A program made the position numbers and the translations under genes. From NCBI GenBank assembly GCA_964574145.1, contig CAZNKJ010000006.1, positions 1 to 40,202 of the forward strand: 40,202 nucleotides of DNA, given 5' to 3'. This document shows, in pieces, positions 1 to 9,047 of this stretch. The stretch's first letter is position 1; each line of letters opens with the position of its first letter. The notes beneath the pieces were generated by a model. That model ran no database searches. It saw only the letters and a program-made list of their open reading frames with translations, and was not told the DNA's origin. The DNA is from an uncultured Candidatus Saccharibacteria bacterium. GTDB taxonomy: Bacteria; Patescibacteriota; Minisyncoccia; Phycocordibacterales; CAZNKJ01.

Positions 1-2623
1 GTGTTGTTGTTGATATTAGTGTTCCATCGTTAGGGCCATAGAGGAGACCTGATGGTGTGGTTGTACCTGTGCCACCGTTTGTAACGGACAAAGCAGTATC
101 CAAAGTTAGAGCTCCTGTAAATCTTCCTGTACCTGAAACATCAAGATTGTATGATGGCGATACTGTGCTGATACCGACATTTCCTGTTGATGCTTGTAGG
201 TATAATTGAGGATTTGATACGCCTTGAGTGAATATCTTTAGGTCTGTTCCAGAGTCACTTCCCGCTTTTGCAGATGTTTTAATCTGTGCGAAAGTAGTAC
301 TTTGATACATTATCAATCTCTTGGTGTTTGTGGTGGATGTATCATTTGAGGTCATCACTTCTAGAAATGTTGGCTTTTGAGTTGAAGTATCTGGTGTAAC
401 CCATAAACCGACATTACTTATACTACTAGCTCCTGAATAAATCCTAAATACTGCTCTCGGATAACTTGCATTTGTCCCAGCAGCGCTAAATGCAGCATAT
501 GTTCCTAATGTGGAATCTCTTGAAGCAATATACGGATTAGATGTTTTTTCTACTGTTAAAGGGAAATTTGGACTCGCCGTCCCAACCCCCACCCTCCCTG
601 TTGAATAATCATAAACCAGACCGCCGGAGCCGATATTCAATCCCCCTGCGAATGTTGAAATTGCCGATGCTCCTGAGGCAACAAGATTTCCGCCAGAAAT
701 TGTTCCTGTCGTCGTGATGTTGCTAGCTCCCGTGTTTATTGCTCCAAAGTTGGAAGTGATTGAACCTGAATCTATTGCTCCAACAGTCGCTAGATTTGCA
801 AGAGATGTGAGAGTGCTTATGGTTGAAGTCGCATTGATTCTTGCGTCCGCTCTTGCGTTAGTGAAGTAAAGATTATTTGTTCCCTCTGACAATGCGTCTG
901 TGGTGGTGGCGTTAAATAATGTATAAAAAGGCGTACCAAAGTTTGTCAGGTTGGAAGCGTTTGAGTAATATGTTCCTTCTTGACCATCAAATGTGCCTGT
1001 CCAGTTTCCTGTTTTTGTGAGATATGAATCTCCTATTGGTGTACCTTGCCAAACGCCTGTTCCGATAGTGCCTAGTGTAATGATATTTGAAGTGCCAGCC
1101 CATGTTGAGAGTGCTGTGTTTTCTACATTGTTTAGAGCGAGTGTAGTTTTTAAATTTGTGGTTGATGTTCCTGTAAGTGTTCCCGTTCCTGATGCATACA
1201 AAATATCTCCATTAGTGTATGTCGTAAGTCCCGTACCGCCTCTTGATACAGATAGTGTTCCCGAGGTATCAGATATTGCTCTGTTTGTAATCTGTGTAAG
1301 GTTGGTCAGTGTGATATTATCCGCGATACTAGCGTCCCCTATTTCAGTACCATTCCATACTCCACTTGTAATTGTGCCGATTGATGCAAGATTAGTGAGT
1401 GTTGTTATTGAAGGCAGTGTCGTTGTTGCTGTTAGACGAGTATCAAAACGATTATTTGTCCAATAGAGATTGCTTGTCCCTTCTGACAATGCGTCTGTGG
1501 TGGTGGCGTTAAAGTATGTGTAAAAATCACTGCCATCAAAATGATTCAGATTTGAAACTTGCGACTCTGTAATAGAAAGAGCTGGTAATGATGAAATGAA
1601 TGCTTGGGTAGTGGTGGCAAACCAGTTTGAGAGGGTGAGAACATTTGTCGTTCTTGCGATAGCAGAGTCAATGAAGTTCTGTGCGATTGTTGATGTTGAT
1701 GTTAAGTTCCCTGCTCCATCTCCATAGAGGAATTGTGACGGTGTGGTTGTACCTGTGCCGCCGTAAGATACTCCTATCGTTGAGCCTTGCCATGTTCCAC
1801 CTATTACAGTTCCCAAGTTTGAATTTGTTGAAACTAATAAATATGGGAATGTTGATGTGGCTGATGTTGAGGTTGAGGTGAAAATACTTGCTGTTACTGT
1901 TCCGTCAAACACTCCGTTACCTGCTACAGAGAGTTTGGAGTATGGAGTGGTGGTGCCGATACCCAAATTTCCTCCTGCCGTAAAAGTAAGAAGTTGCGTT
2001 CCTGTATCTGTAATAATACGAAATAAATCTGCTACCTGACTTGCAAAACCGCGAATTGCAAGCGGTATAGCGCTCGTTGTTGTCGCTTCAATAGTTGCCA
2101 CCGCGCCAGAAACAGGAGTTGTTGTTCCTATCGCAGATTGCCCAGTACCAAAAACACGCTCCGAGGTAAATGCAAAAGGCGCGGTGCCAAGCTCCGCGCG
2201 CGGTGTTGCTTCAGAATCACTTCCTATTTTTACGCCGATATACAACCCACTATTTGTAAAATCAAGATAATCTGGAAATACAGTACAACTACTTAATTCA
2301 ACCGTGAAATATCCTTCACTATCAGGATTAACCTGCACACACGAACCACTCGCTTGGTCATAAGTTTCTGTCCAGAGAAGAGGACCTGTGGAACCTACCG
2401 TATCACTCGGTGAGCCCCCCGAAGAGCTGTTATAAATTGAAAACTGAATCGTTGTAGCGTCCGTAATGGGATTACTACTTGAATCGCGCAAACGACTTTG
2501 GTAATTTATAAATGTCGGGATTGCCGCATACACTGTCGGTATATAAGTAAACACAAGAAAAAACAAACTAGACGTGATAATCATCTTCCATACAATTTTT
2601 GGAGTTTGCGTCCTTGTGTTCAT
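1..2623 (-). CDS. Large secreted Thr/Ser/Gly-rich tail-fibre-like surface protein/adhesin, 3'-truncated by the window edge (>870 aa)
   Basis: Not in the ORF track. Manual translation from ATG at 2623 gives MNTRTQTPKIVWKMIITSSLFFLVFTYIPTVYA (signal peptide) then AIPTFINYQSRLRDSSSNPI..., and the frame stays open to the window edge. Repeated motifs: GNLGIGTTTP/GRVGVGTASP/GNVGISTVSP, GTWQGSTI/GVWNGTEI/GVWQGTPI, and TTDALSEGTxNLY twice. Confidence 0.85.
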   Translation of the reverse strand, partial: MNTRTQTPKIVWKMIITSSLFFLVFTYIPTVYAAIPTFINYQSRLRDSSSNPITDATTIQFSIYNSSSGGSPSDTVGSTGPLLWTETYDQASGSCVQVNPDSEGYFTVELSSCTVFPDYLDFTNSGLYIGVKIGSDSEATPRAELGTAPFAFTSERVFGTGQSAIGTTTPVSGAVATIEATTTSAIPLAIRGFASQVADLFRIITDTGTQLLTFTAGGNLGIGTTTPYSKLSVAGNGVFDGTVTASIFTSTSTSATSTFPYLLVSTNSNLGTVIGGTWQGSTIGVSYGGTGTTTPSQFLYGDGAGNLTSTSTIAQNFIDSAIARTTNVLTLSNWFATTTQAFISSLPALSITESQVSNLNHFDGSDFYTYFNATTTDALSEGTSNLYWTNNRFDTRLTATTTLPSITTLTNLASIGTITSGVWNGTEIGDASIADNITLTNLTQITNRAISDTSGTLSVSRGGTGLTTYTNGDILYASGTGTLTGTSTTNLKTTLALNNVENTALSTWAGTSNIITLGTIGTGVWQGTPIGDSYLTKTGNWTGTFDGQEGTYYSNASNLTNFGTPFYTLFNATTTDALSEGTNNLYFTNARADARINATSTISTLTSLANLATVGAIDSGSITSNFGAINTGASNITTTGTISGGNLVASGASAISTFAGGLNIGSGGLVYDYSTGRVGVGTASPNFPLTVEKTSNPYIASRDSTLGTYAAFSAAGTNASYPRAVFRIYSGASSISNVGLWVTPDTSTQKPTFLEVMTSNDTSTTNTKRLIMYQSTTFAQIKTSAKAGSDSGTDLKIFTQGVSNPQLYLQASTGNVGISTVSPSYNLDVSGTGRFTGALTLDTALSVTNGGTGTTTPSGLLYGPNDGTLISTTT
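885..1513. repeat. Intragenic direct repeat, identical 32 bp at 885-916 and 1482-1513
   Basis: tctgacaatgcgtctgtggtggtggcgttaaa occurs twice, 597 nt (199 codons) apart. It encodes FNATTTDALS on the minus strand. Confidence 0.9.
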
Positions 2624-2677
2624 AATAATTAATGGGATTTTTTATCAATCATTAATGATTTTATATTGGAAACTTCA

Positions 2678-3787
2678 TTATTCTTTTGAAAATTTCTCCA
2701 ATTTATTTTCAGTTTCTTGCAATTCTTTTTCTATTTTAGTTTTAGTTGTCAATAAACGTTTATGCGTTCGCCGAAGAATTGATTTTTCTCTCCGCAATGT
2801 TAGTTTTTCTTGTCGCTGCCTTAATTCCGATGTTCGACGGAGCAATAATGAAATAATAATAAGCAGCAATAAAATAACTACTATCAACAAAAAGGCTGTC
2901 GTTCCTACCCAAAACCATACATTTGTATAGAACGAGGTTTTTTCTTTGGTAACAACTTCATTTGGTATTGTCTTTTCTTCTTTCGGCTGTTTTATTTCTC
3001 CAATTAGAGTCTCTTTAAAACATACTGCATTTAATTTCTCTCGTGTCGTTTTTTGCACCAAACCAGTTCCTTGTTCAAAACCCCATGGTGTAAGAATATC
3101 TTCTTGATAATGTTCCTGAAAATCCATAACTGATTGTTTCGTCTTTGTACCAAAATATCCAGTGATATCTTCCGTGTAAAAACCAAGGTCTTTCAGACAT
3201 ATCTGTAAAGATTTTACTTCTTCTCCTTTGTCTCTTTGTTGTAAATCTTTTGTAAATACAAAGCGATCTGGAATAGATTTACTTACTAAAGTTGATTCCG
3301 TTTTCTTTGCTGAGACAGAGAAATTTGCTTTACCTAGATTTGTTGAGAGTTTGGTTCCTAGTCCATCATTTGCAAGCACACTTCCCGAGGAGACAACAAG
3401 AGCGGTACTTCCAACAGCACGAGCACGCACTACAAGAGTTACAAGCTTCCCTGCAGAGCCCGAGTATCCGCTGCCGAGCATTACCCCTTCAAAATACGCA
3501 CTGTTGTTTCCATTTAGTTGTGGTTTCTGCGCCCAAAAATCAATAATGGAACCTGCTTGAGACACTGATACAATTTGTAAATTATTATTTAAAGATTTTA
3601 TTGTAGCTTTTGCAGCATTCATCTCTTGTGCATCACTTGAGACAAATATGTTTATTGAAAATTGTTCACCTACAGTATAACTTCCTGAGGAAGGTACAAA
3701 ATAAATAGAAGCAGCATACGAAAATGCTGGTGTTGCGAAAAACACAAGAAGTATTAGCCCAAAAAATATTTTATAAAAAATATTCAT
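2678..3787 (-). CDS. Membrane-anchored cohesin-domain protein with peptidoglycan-binding (PGBD-like) domain
   Basis: Signal peptide, then a cohesin-like segment (ASIYFVPSSGSYTVGEQFSINIFV...VLANDGLGT), a PGBD-like segment (GEEVKSLQICLKDLGFY..ITGYFGTKTKQSVMDFQ), a C-terminal TM helix and a basic coiled coil. Confidence 0.75.
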   Translation of the reverse strand: MNIFYKIFFGLILLVFFATPAFSYAASIYFVPSSGSYTVGEQFSINIFVSSDAQEMNAAKATIKSLNNNLQIVSVSQAGSIIDFWAQKPQLNGNNSAYFEGVMLGSGYSGSAGKLVTLVVRARAVGSTALVVSSGSVLANDGLGTKLSTNLGKANFSVSAKKTESTLVSKSIPDRFVFTKDLQQRDKGEEVKSLQICLKDLGFYTEDITGYFGTKTKQSVMDFQEHYQEDILTPWGFEQGTGLVQKTTREKLNAVCFKETLIGEIKQPKEEKTIPNEVVTKEKTSFYTNVWFWVGTTAFLLIVVILLLLIIISLLLRRTSELRQRQEKLTLRREKSILRRTHKRLLTTKTKIEKELQETENKLEKFSKE

Positions 3788-3875
3788 ATGAGTATATAAA
3801 AAATGTTTGCATGTTGAGTAATATCCTCACCTATATTATACAACTATTTGTTAAAAAATATATTTAATTTTATAT

Positions 3876-4769
3876 TTATCCACGTACTAAACGGACCAAA
3901 AATTTAATGACAAAAATAAGCGACAGAAGTATTATTACAATGACAAATATTGGTAAAGATGCTTTCTTTTCTTCAGGAGTGTACACACTTACACGCACAT
4001 TGCCTGCACGATCAACAGCGCGAACATACACAAAACTTGTAAGTGATTGATCAAGTAAACGATATGGACTTTTTGCACTCTCCCATTCCCCTTTTGTTTC
4101 ATCACGCAACTTTTTCCTTACCTCTAAAATTTCATAATGGTCAATGCCTGACTTCTTATCTTGAGCGGTAAATACAAGAAACATATCCCCAGAAAATAGT
4201 TCATCACTGCGAGCAATATCCAATTTAAACATTTCTGGAGGTTCATCATCTTTTATGTTTTCCTCAAATTTGATAACGGGTGTTGTTTTGTTGACATTTA
4301 TGGAAAGTGGTTCAAAAGAAACAAAAGCAGGAGTGCCTTTTCCGTCATTAAGTAATGTTTTTATTTTAGAAATATCTATCGCTCCATCTCCTGTAGTAGA
4401 CGCCTCCACAATAAATGAAAATAAATACCCGTGTACACCCTTCCATCCGCCAGGAATAATACCTGCGAATGAAATATCATTCATGGAAATTTCCGGGCGC
4501 TTACTCCACAACGCAACAAGCGAGTCCCCGTCACGAATAGTTAGTGGTGTCAGAAAAGAAGGTAAGTTAATAGTACCAGCAAACGCATTTACCGTTTCTC
4601 CTTCAGAATGCACATACACTGAGACCTCAAAACGTTGTGCGACTCCTATCGTTGTCTGTTGTGTTTCTAAAGATATCTGCGCAGCTTCTACAGATGCGTA
4701 GGAAAAAAACACACTAACTAAGAATAACGCGCTCACACTTATTAAAAAATATGAAAAATATATACGCAT
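3876..4769 (-). CDS. Membrane-anchored cohesin-domain protein
   Basis: Signal peptide, a cohesin-like beta domain (VNAFAGTINLP..ISFAGIIPGG..LLNDGKGT), an Ig-like segment (FTAQDKKSGIDHYEI..VRAVDRAGN) and a C-terminal TM helix. Confidence 0.7.
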   Translation of the reverse strand: MRIYFSYFLISVSALFLVSVFFSYASVEAAQISLETQQTTIGVAQRFEVSVYVHSEGETVNAFAGTINLPSFLTPLTIRDGDSLVALWSKRPEISMNDISFAGIIPGGWKGVHGYLFSFIVEASTTGDGAIDISKIKTLLNDGKGTPAFVSFEPLSINVNKTTPVIKFEENIKDDEPPEMFKLDIARSDELFSGDMFLVFTAQDKKSGIDHYEILEVRKKLRDETKGEWESAKSPYRLLDQSLTSFVYVRAVDRAGNVRVSVYTPEEKKASLPIFVIVIILLSLIFVIKFLVRLVRG

Positions 4770-4770
4770 A

Positions 4771-5859
4771 TTATCCAGTCCAGTAAAAAGCCATAATACT
4801 TAGATCAGTCAAATTAATAATATTATCACCATTTAATTGCGCCAACTCAAGCGCGCGTGTTTGCTCACTAAGTCTTTTTTCATACCAAAAACCTGCTATG
4901 GAAAAATCTACTAGATTAACACGACCGTCATTATTCAAATCACCCCGTTTAGTATAATTGAAAGTTTTTCTGGAAACATTTCTATTCCCTACAATAAAGT
5001 CAATCTTGTGCCCAAAATCACTGATAGCACCGGCTTGCGAAGATTTTGCTCGCGTCTCGTGACTTCCCTTTGCAAGAGAAGATGTGTCTAAATTATAAAG
5101 AAAAATACCATTATTATCAGCGTTCGTTGTGCGAAAAGTTTCTTCTTCTGAAGCCACACCGATAATTACTAAGCTTTCTGGAGCTGTCTGTCCGAAAATT
5201 TTCAAATTATCTCCATAACGTACTTCACTCTTGTCTGTTGCTAAGGTTGGTGCAAGAAAGATTCCACTAATTTGCGTAGTCACACCAGAACTTACATTAA
5301 TAGGAAATGATTGTGATTGAGAATTAAGACCGTTATCATCAACTCCAACAATCATAAAAATATGACTACCCGTATTAATATTAATTGCTGTAATTGAAAA
5401 ATGCGCATCAGGCCCCGCAACGGTAGTGACAATGATTTGTCCATCTTTCAATAATCGCACACTACTCATTGGGTAAGCTCTTCCAGAAAAAGTAGCTCCT
5501 GTTTGAGCAATAGTGGTTCCGCCTCCACCACCTCCACCAGAAGAACCAGGATTACCTGTACTGCCTGGGTTGCTAGAAGAAGATTCTGTTACTGCCCAAA
5601 AACGACCGTGGTTGATAATGTAATTAGCACTCGTTGATTTTTTTGTACCAGCAGAACCAATAGTCGCTTTTAATTTAAAATTATTTGAACTTCCACCAAA
5701 TTCAACAAAACCGATTCCTTCTTGGTCTAATTTATAATTTTGACTAATCGCACCGAAAGCAATAAGTGGAATCAAAAACACAAGAAAGCAGACAATTAAA
5801 ATAACACTGAAAAGTATTCTAGGAAATGTCTTATACTCAGACTGCGATATAGAAAACAT
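4771..5859 (-). CDS. Secreted protein with Gly-rich linker, Ig-like domains and C-terminal dockerin-like domain
   Basis: Duplicated Ca-binding-loop motifs GDLNNDGRVNLVDFSI and QLNGDNIINLTDLSIM at the C-terminus. Its stop is 1 nt from the start of the cohesin gene. Confidence 0.75.
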   Translation of the reverse strand: MFSISQSEYKTFPRILFSVILIVCFLVFLIPLIAFGAISQNYKLDQEGIGFVEFGGSSNNFKLKATIGSAGTKKSTSANYIINHGRFWAVTESSSSNPGSTGNPGSSGGGGGGGTTIAQTGATFSGRAYPMSSVRLLKDGQIIVTTVAGPDAHFSITAININTGSHIFMIVGVDDNGLNSQSQSFPINVSSGVTTQISGIFLAPTLATDKSEVRYGDNLKIFGQTAPESLVIIGVASEEETFRTTNADNNGIFLYNLDTSSLAKGSHETRAKSSQAGAISDFGHKIDFIVGNRNVSRKTFNYTKRGDLNNDGRVNLVDFSIAGFWYEKRLSEQTRALELAQLNGDNIINLTDLSIMAFYWTG

Positions 5860-5963
5860 TATTCACTTATTTTAACTTAAAGCAATAACAATACATAGTC
5901 AAAAATAAGACTATATATTACTTAATGTTCATGATGAGTCTTTACTACACAAGCTTTCCAAGT

Positions 5964-7382
5964 TTAAATACCGTAGTTGTTTTTTAGGTAATTTTTTACT
6001 GTGTATGAACCTTGTAAGGTTGAGTATTTTTTACTTGCAATAAGGCTTTTATCAACATCTTTCCAGTCTTCTCCTTTAGTGATCTTAAAATACAATGCAT
6101 CTTTTATATAAGTCTCAGGAAACCAAAATGAATTGAACTCTACAAATGTTTTAAATATTTCTTTTTCTGAAAACCCTTGTGACGCCATAAGCTGAACCAA
6201 CCCCAATGCTGAGTATCCATGAGAACAGTCTGGTGCTGCAGTAGAATTACCACAACATGGACGATACGCATTTTCTGCAACCTTTTTTGCAAGTACCTGC
6301 TCTTTTGAAGAAAGAGTAAGAAGTGATGTATCACCATAACCAGCACGACCTACTCCTATGTCATAGTTTGTAAAATATTTAGAGAATGGGCTGTCTGTTA
6401 AAATTTGATTTTCATTATGCTTAGCAAATGTCCACAAGACATACATCATAAACACAGCGTTATCATTGTTAATTGAAAGATTAGCATCTTGTCCATTTAA
6501 TATGGCGCGCCATTGTGGCTTCATTTCCTGCCCATATCTATTTTTTAAAATATTTTCCAATTTAGCTGGATCAAGTACTCCTGCTCTAACCATTTTTGCA
6601 ACAATACCACCCCATCGCACAGACGTCTCAAATCCGGCTTCTGGTGTTACTGTTTTGATAACTTTATTTATATCAATCTTCTCACCACTGTCAGTCGTAA
6701 TAAAACCATTTTGAGAACCAAAATTTGTGTTTGAAGGTCCTGCAAAAACCGTGAACAGTTGATAAGCAAACAAAGACACTACCAAAATAACAATGACTAT
6801 AAGTTTTTTATCCAAGACATTATTCTTTTCTTTTCTTTTCGGTGAAAACTCTTCATTAGAAATCTTCATAGAACATGAGATGCACTTCTTTTCATACAAA
6901 CTTTTTGCAACAAGATAAAGACCCAGTGAAAGAAACACTAACCCTCCTACCTGAATCCAAAAGATCCAAGGGATTAAAAAAGCAAGCTGAGCGGTGAATA
7001 CATTCCCAAACGCAAGAAAATTAATACCCAGACATGCTGGACAAACAGCACCGAATATACCTGTGGTCAAACCTGCAGCAGTCGCTGTTTTACCTTTAGT
7101 CCCAGCTTTAACTTTCAACTTCATTGCATGTATTGTCACTGTTATAATAAGAGCCGAGACAAATGCAGAAAAAGCCATGTAAAAAAATTCAAAAGATGAA
7201 ATCGGAGTCATTCTATAAAAACCAAGTACCCCTTCTGGCATTGGTATCGTAAAAAGCCCATAGAAAAAACCATAAAGTCCTAAAAAGAAACCTAGAGCTA
7301 TAAAAAATATCAAAAAATTTATACGTTCTTTAAAGATAAGAATAACATTTGCGACAATGTTGTAGATACTACTTTCTTTCAT
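5964..7382 (-). CDS. Cys-rich polytopic membrane protein with extracytoplasmic CC...CxHG domain
   Basis: About 5 hydrophobic helices, CPAC within the TM region, CISC in a loop, and C-terminal YRPCCGNSTAAPDCSHG. Confidence 0.7.
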   Translation of the reverse strand: MKESSIYNIVANVILIFKERINFLIFFIALGFFLGLYGFFYGLFTIPMPEGVLGFYRMTPISSFEFFYMAFSAFVSALIITVTIHAMKLKVKAGTKGKTATAAGLTTGIFGAVCPACLGINFLAFGNVFTAQLAFLIPWIFWIQVGGLVFLSLGLYLVAKSLYEKKCISCSMKISNEEFSPKRKEKNNVLDKKLIVIVILVVSLFAYQLFTVFAGPSNTNFGSQNGFITTDSGEKIDINKVIKTVTPEAGFETSVRWGGIVAKMVRAGVLDPAKLENILKNRYGQEMKPQWRAILNGQDANLSINNDNAVFMMYVLWTFAKHNENQILTDSPFSKYFTNYDIGVGRAGYGDTSLLTLSSKEQVLAKKVAENAYRPCCGNSTAAPDCSHGYSALGLVQLMASQGFSEKEIFKTFVEFNSFWFPETYIKDALYFKITKGEDWKDVDKSLIASKKYSTLQGSYTVKNYLKNNYGI

Positions 7383-7388
7383 AATATT

Positions 7389-8141
7389 TTATATTTCTTT
7401 ATATTCAGGACTAAGCTTTTGCACCTCACGAAGTACATACATACCATTTTCTTCCACTGTTCCTATTTCCTTTTTCCAGGAAGTTGTAAACTCGGGATAA
7501 TCTCCAACATTCGGAGGAAGAATAAGAGTAGGAACTTTGTTAATAGCATATTTTCTTACAAGAGCCCTTCCTTTTACAGAAGAGATATCATAGACATTTT
7601 TATCATCTATTACCACTCCTATCTTTTTCAAGATATCTGTAAATATGTCTTCACTAAAACATTTTTTACAAGTCTTATCTTTAAGGATAACTATATCAAT
7701 CACACCCCTAACTTTCCCTTCCTTTAGATCATAATAAGGAAGTAGGTTTTCTATGATTATTCTGTCCTCCGTCTTCCGTCCTAACAATGCTTTCCACGCA
7801 GAAACAATTTTTTTATTTTCAATATCACCTGAAATAACAATAGCTGGAAGATTTTTAATATTGTACCTATCTACATATTTCTGTGAAAGAATACTCTTAT
7901 CTGAAACATGACTAACTTCATACTCAACTTTATGAGATATTTTAATCCTGTTAATAATGATATTTGCATCAAAACATTTTTCACATCTATCTTTTGGCGC
8001 ATCTAGTATAATGAATGATATTTTTATTGGAGTACCTACAATAGTGCTATAAATATTTCTTGTAAAGAATATATTTGTAGCATAAAACACCACAAGAACC
8101 GCGAGAAGTATAAAAAGTCCTCGTGTTTTGTCGTAACTCAT
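7389..8141 (-). CDS. Membrane-anchored tandem thioredoxin-like (2x CxxC) protein
   Basis: Start revised to MSYDK (ATG at 8141) to avoid overlap with the upstream gene. One N-terminal TM helix, then CEKC...YNIKNLPAIVI and CKKC...YAINKVPTLIL, each giving the CxxC plus cis-Pro pattern of a thioredoxin fold. Confidence 0.65.
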   Translation of the reverse strand: MSYDKTRGLFILLAVLVVFYATNIFFTRNIYSTIVGTPIKISFIILDAPKDRCEKCFDANIIINRIKISHKVEYEVSHVSDKSILSQKYVDRYNIKNLPAIVISGDIENKKIVSAWKALLGRKTEDRIIIENLLPYYDLKEGKVRGVIDIVILKDKTCKKCFSEDIFTDILKKIGVVIDDKNVYDISSVKGRALVRKYAINKVPTLILPPNVGDYPEFTTSWKKEIGTVEENGMYVLREVQKLSPEYKEI

Positions 8142-8145
8142 ACCC

Positions 8146-8415
8146 TTATCCACACCCTCCAACCTGACTTGGTAATCCGATCGTTCCACCCTGAGCCTGT
8201 CCACTATCAGCCTTAATAACTCCATTTGAAACAGCTCCTAGAAGCTTCTGAGTTTGATACACCTGTATACCTGACATAATCACAAGCACCACTACTACTG
8301 CAGTTAAGATATCTGATGTACTAAACTTCTTCTCATCTTTGGTTTTTATATCAGAGACAGACTGTTCATGCCCTTCCTCACACGAGGTACACACTTTGTT
8401 AATATTGTTATTCAT
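8146..8415 (-). CDS. Small single-TM protein with N-terminal CxxC and C-terminal VGGCG
   Basis: CTSC, a hydrophobic stretch ILTAVVVVLVIMSGIQVY, and an ending of LPSQVGGCG-TAA. It sits in an operon-like position. Confidence 0.7.
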   Translation of the reverse strand: MNNNINKVCTSCEEGHEQSVSDIKTKDEKKFSTSDILTAVVVVLVIMSGIQVYQTQKLLGAVSNGVIKADSGQAQGGTIGLPSQVGGCG

Positions 8416-8462
8416 TTTATTCTTAATATTTTATTATAAAATTAAAACCTATTAAAATTAAT

Positions 8463-8933
8463 TTAATGAACTTTTTTCCGAGAATTATTATATTCTAATG
8501 GGTATCCATTTTTTTTCCAGTCTATCATCCCACCAAAAAGATTTTTTATATTAACATATCCAAGATTAACGAGAGTTTGTGCGGCAACAGCACTCATCCC
8601 TCCACTCTGGCAATATAAAACAATTTTGGTATTTTTATCAGCAGGAATCTTATCTAAATTATCTAGTATATTATTGTACACAATAAATTTATCAGTATCC
8701 ATTATTTCTCCTATATAAGGCGTATGTACATTTATCAGAATAAAATCTTTCTCTTTCTTGCTTAATAGATTATAAAGATCCCTGGAAGAGATATTAGAAA
8801 AAGTATTCACTTTTTTAATATCTGTTTCATTAACACTTGTTGTAGGATTCCTAGCGCCGTTCTTTGAGAAAGCAAACCACCCGCCAACTAAAACCACTAT
8901 CACTATAATGCCGATGATTAATTTAATATTCAT
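8463..8933 (-). CDS. Membrane-anchored rhodanese-like (sulfurtransferase) domain protein
   Basis: KIVLYCQSGGMS active-site loop, NLFGGMIDW motif and an N-terminal TM helix. Confidence 0.9.
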   Translation of the reverse strand: MNIKLIIGIIVIVVLVGGWFAFSKNGARNPTTSVNETDIKKVNTFSNISSRDLYNLLSKKEKDFILINVHTPYIGEIMDTDKFIVYNNILDNLDKIPADKNTKIVLYCQSGGMSAVAAQTLVNLGYVNIKNLFGGMIDWKKNGYPLEYNNSRKKVH

Positions 8934-9047
8934 TTTATAAAACCTAAAATATTAGATTATTATTTTTTAATTAACCCTGATTATTCCACTTGTCTCTATC
9001 TTATTTTACCTACAAGACTACACTAGTTTTTATTTGTCCTTAGTAAG

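Noticed and set aside
860-1530. Repeat pair as a diversity-generating retroelement TR/VR
   Set aside because: Both copies are in frame within one gene, the flanking mismatches are not adenine-specific, and there is no reverse transcriptase in the window.
993-2039. Plus-strand ORFs 993-1466, 1681-1881 and 1857-2039
   Set aside because: Val/Pro-rich antisense shadows of the Thr/Gly-rich minus-strand adhesin.
8146-8160. Selenocysteine read-through at the GGCG tail
   Set aside because: The stop is TAA and the Cys codon is TGT. TGA is used as an ordinary stop elsewhere, so there is no sign of recoding or code 25.
8142-8225. N-terminal extension of ORF 7389-8225
   Set aside because: It overlaps the 8146-8415 gene. 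The ATG at 8141 gives normal operon spacing and an N-terminal anchor.
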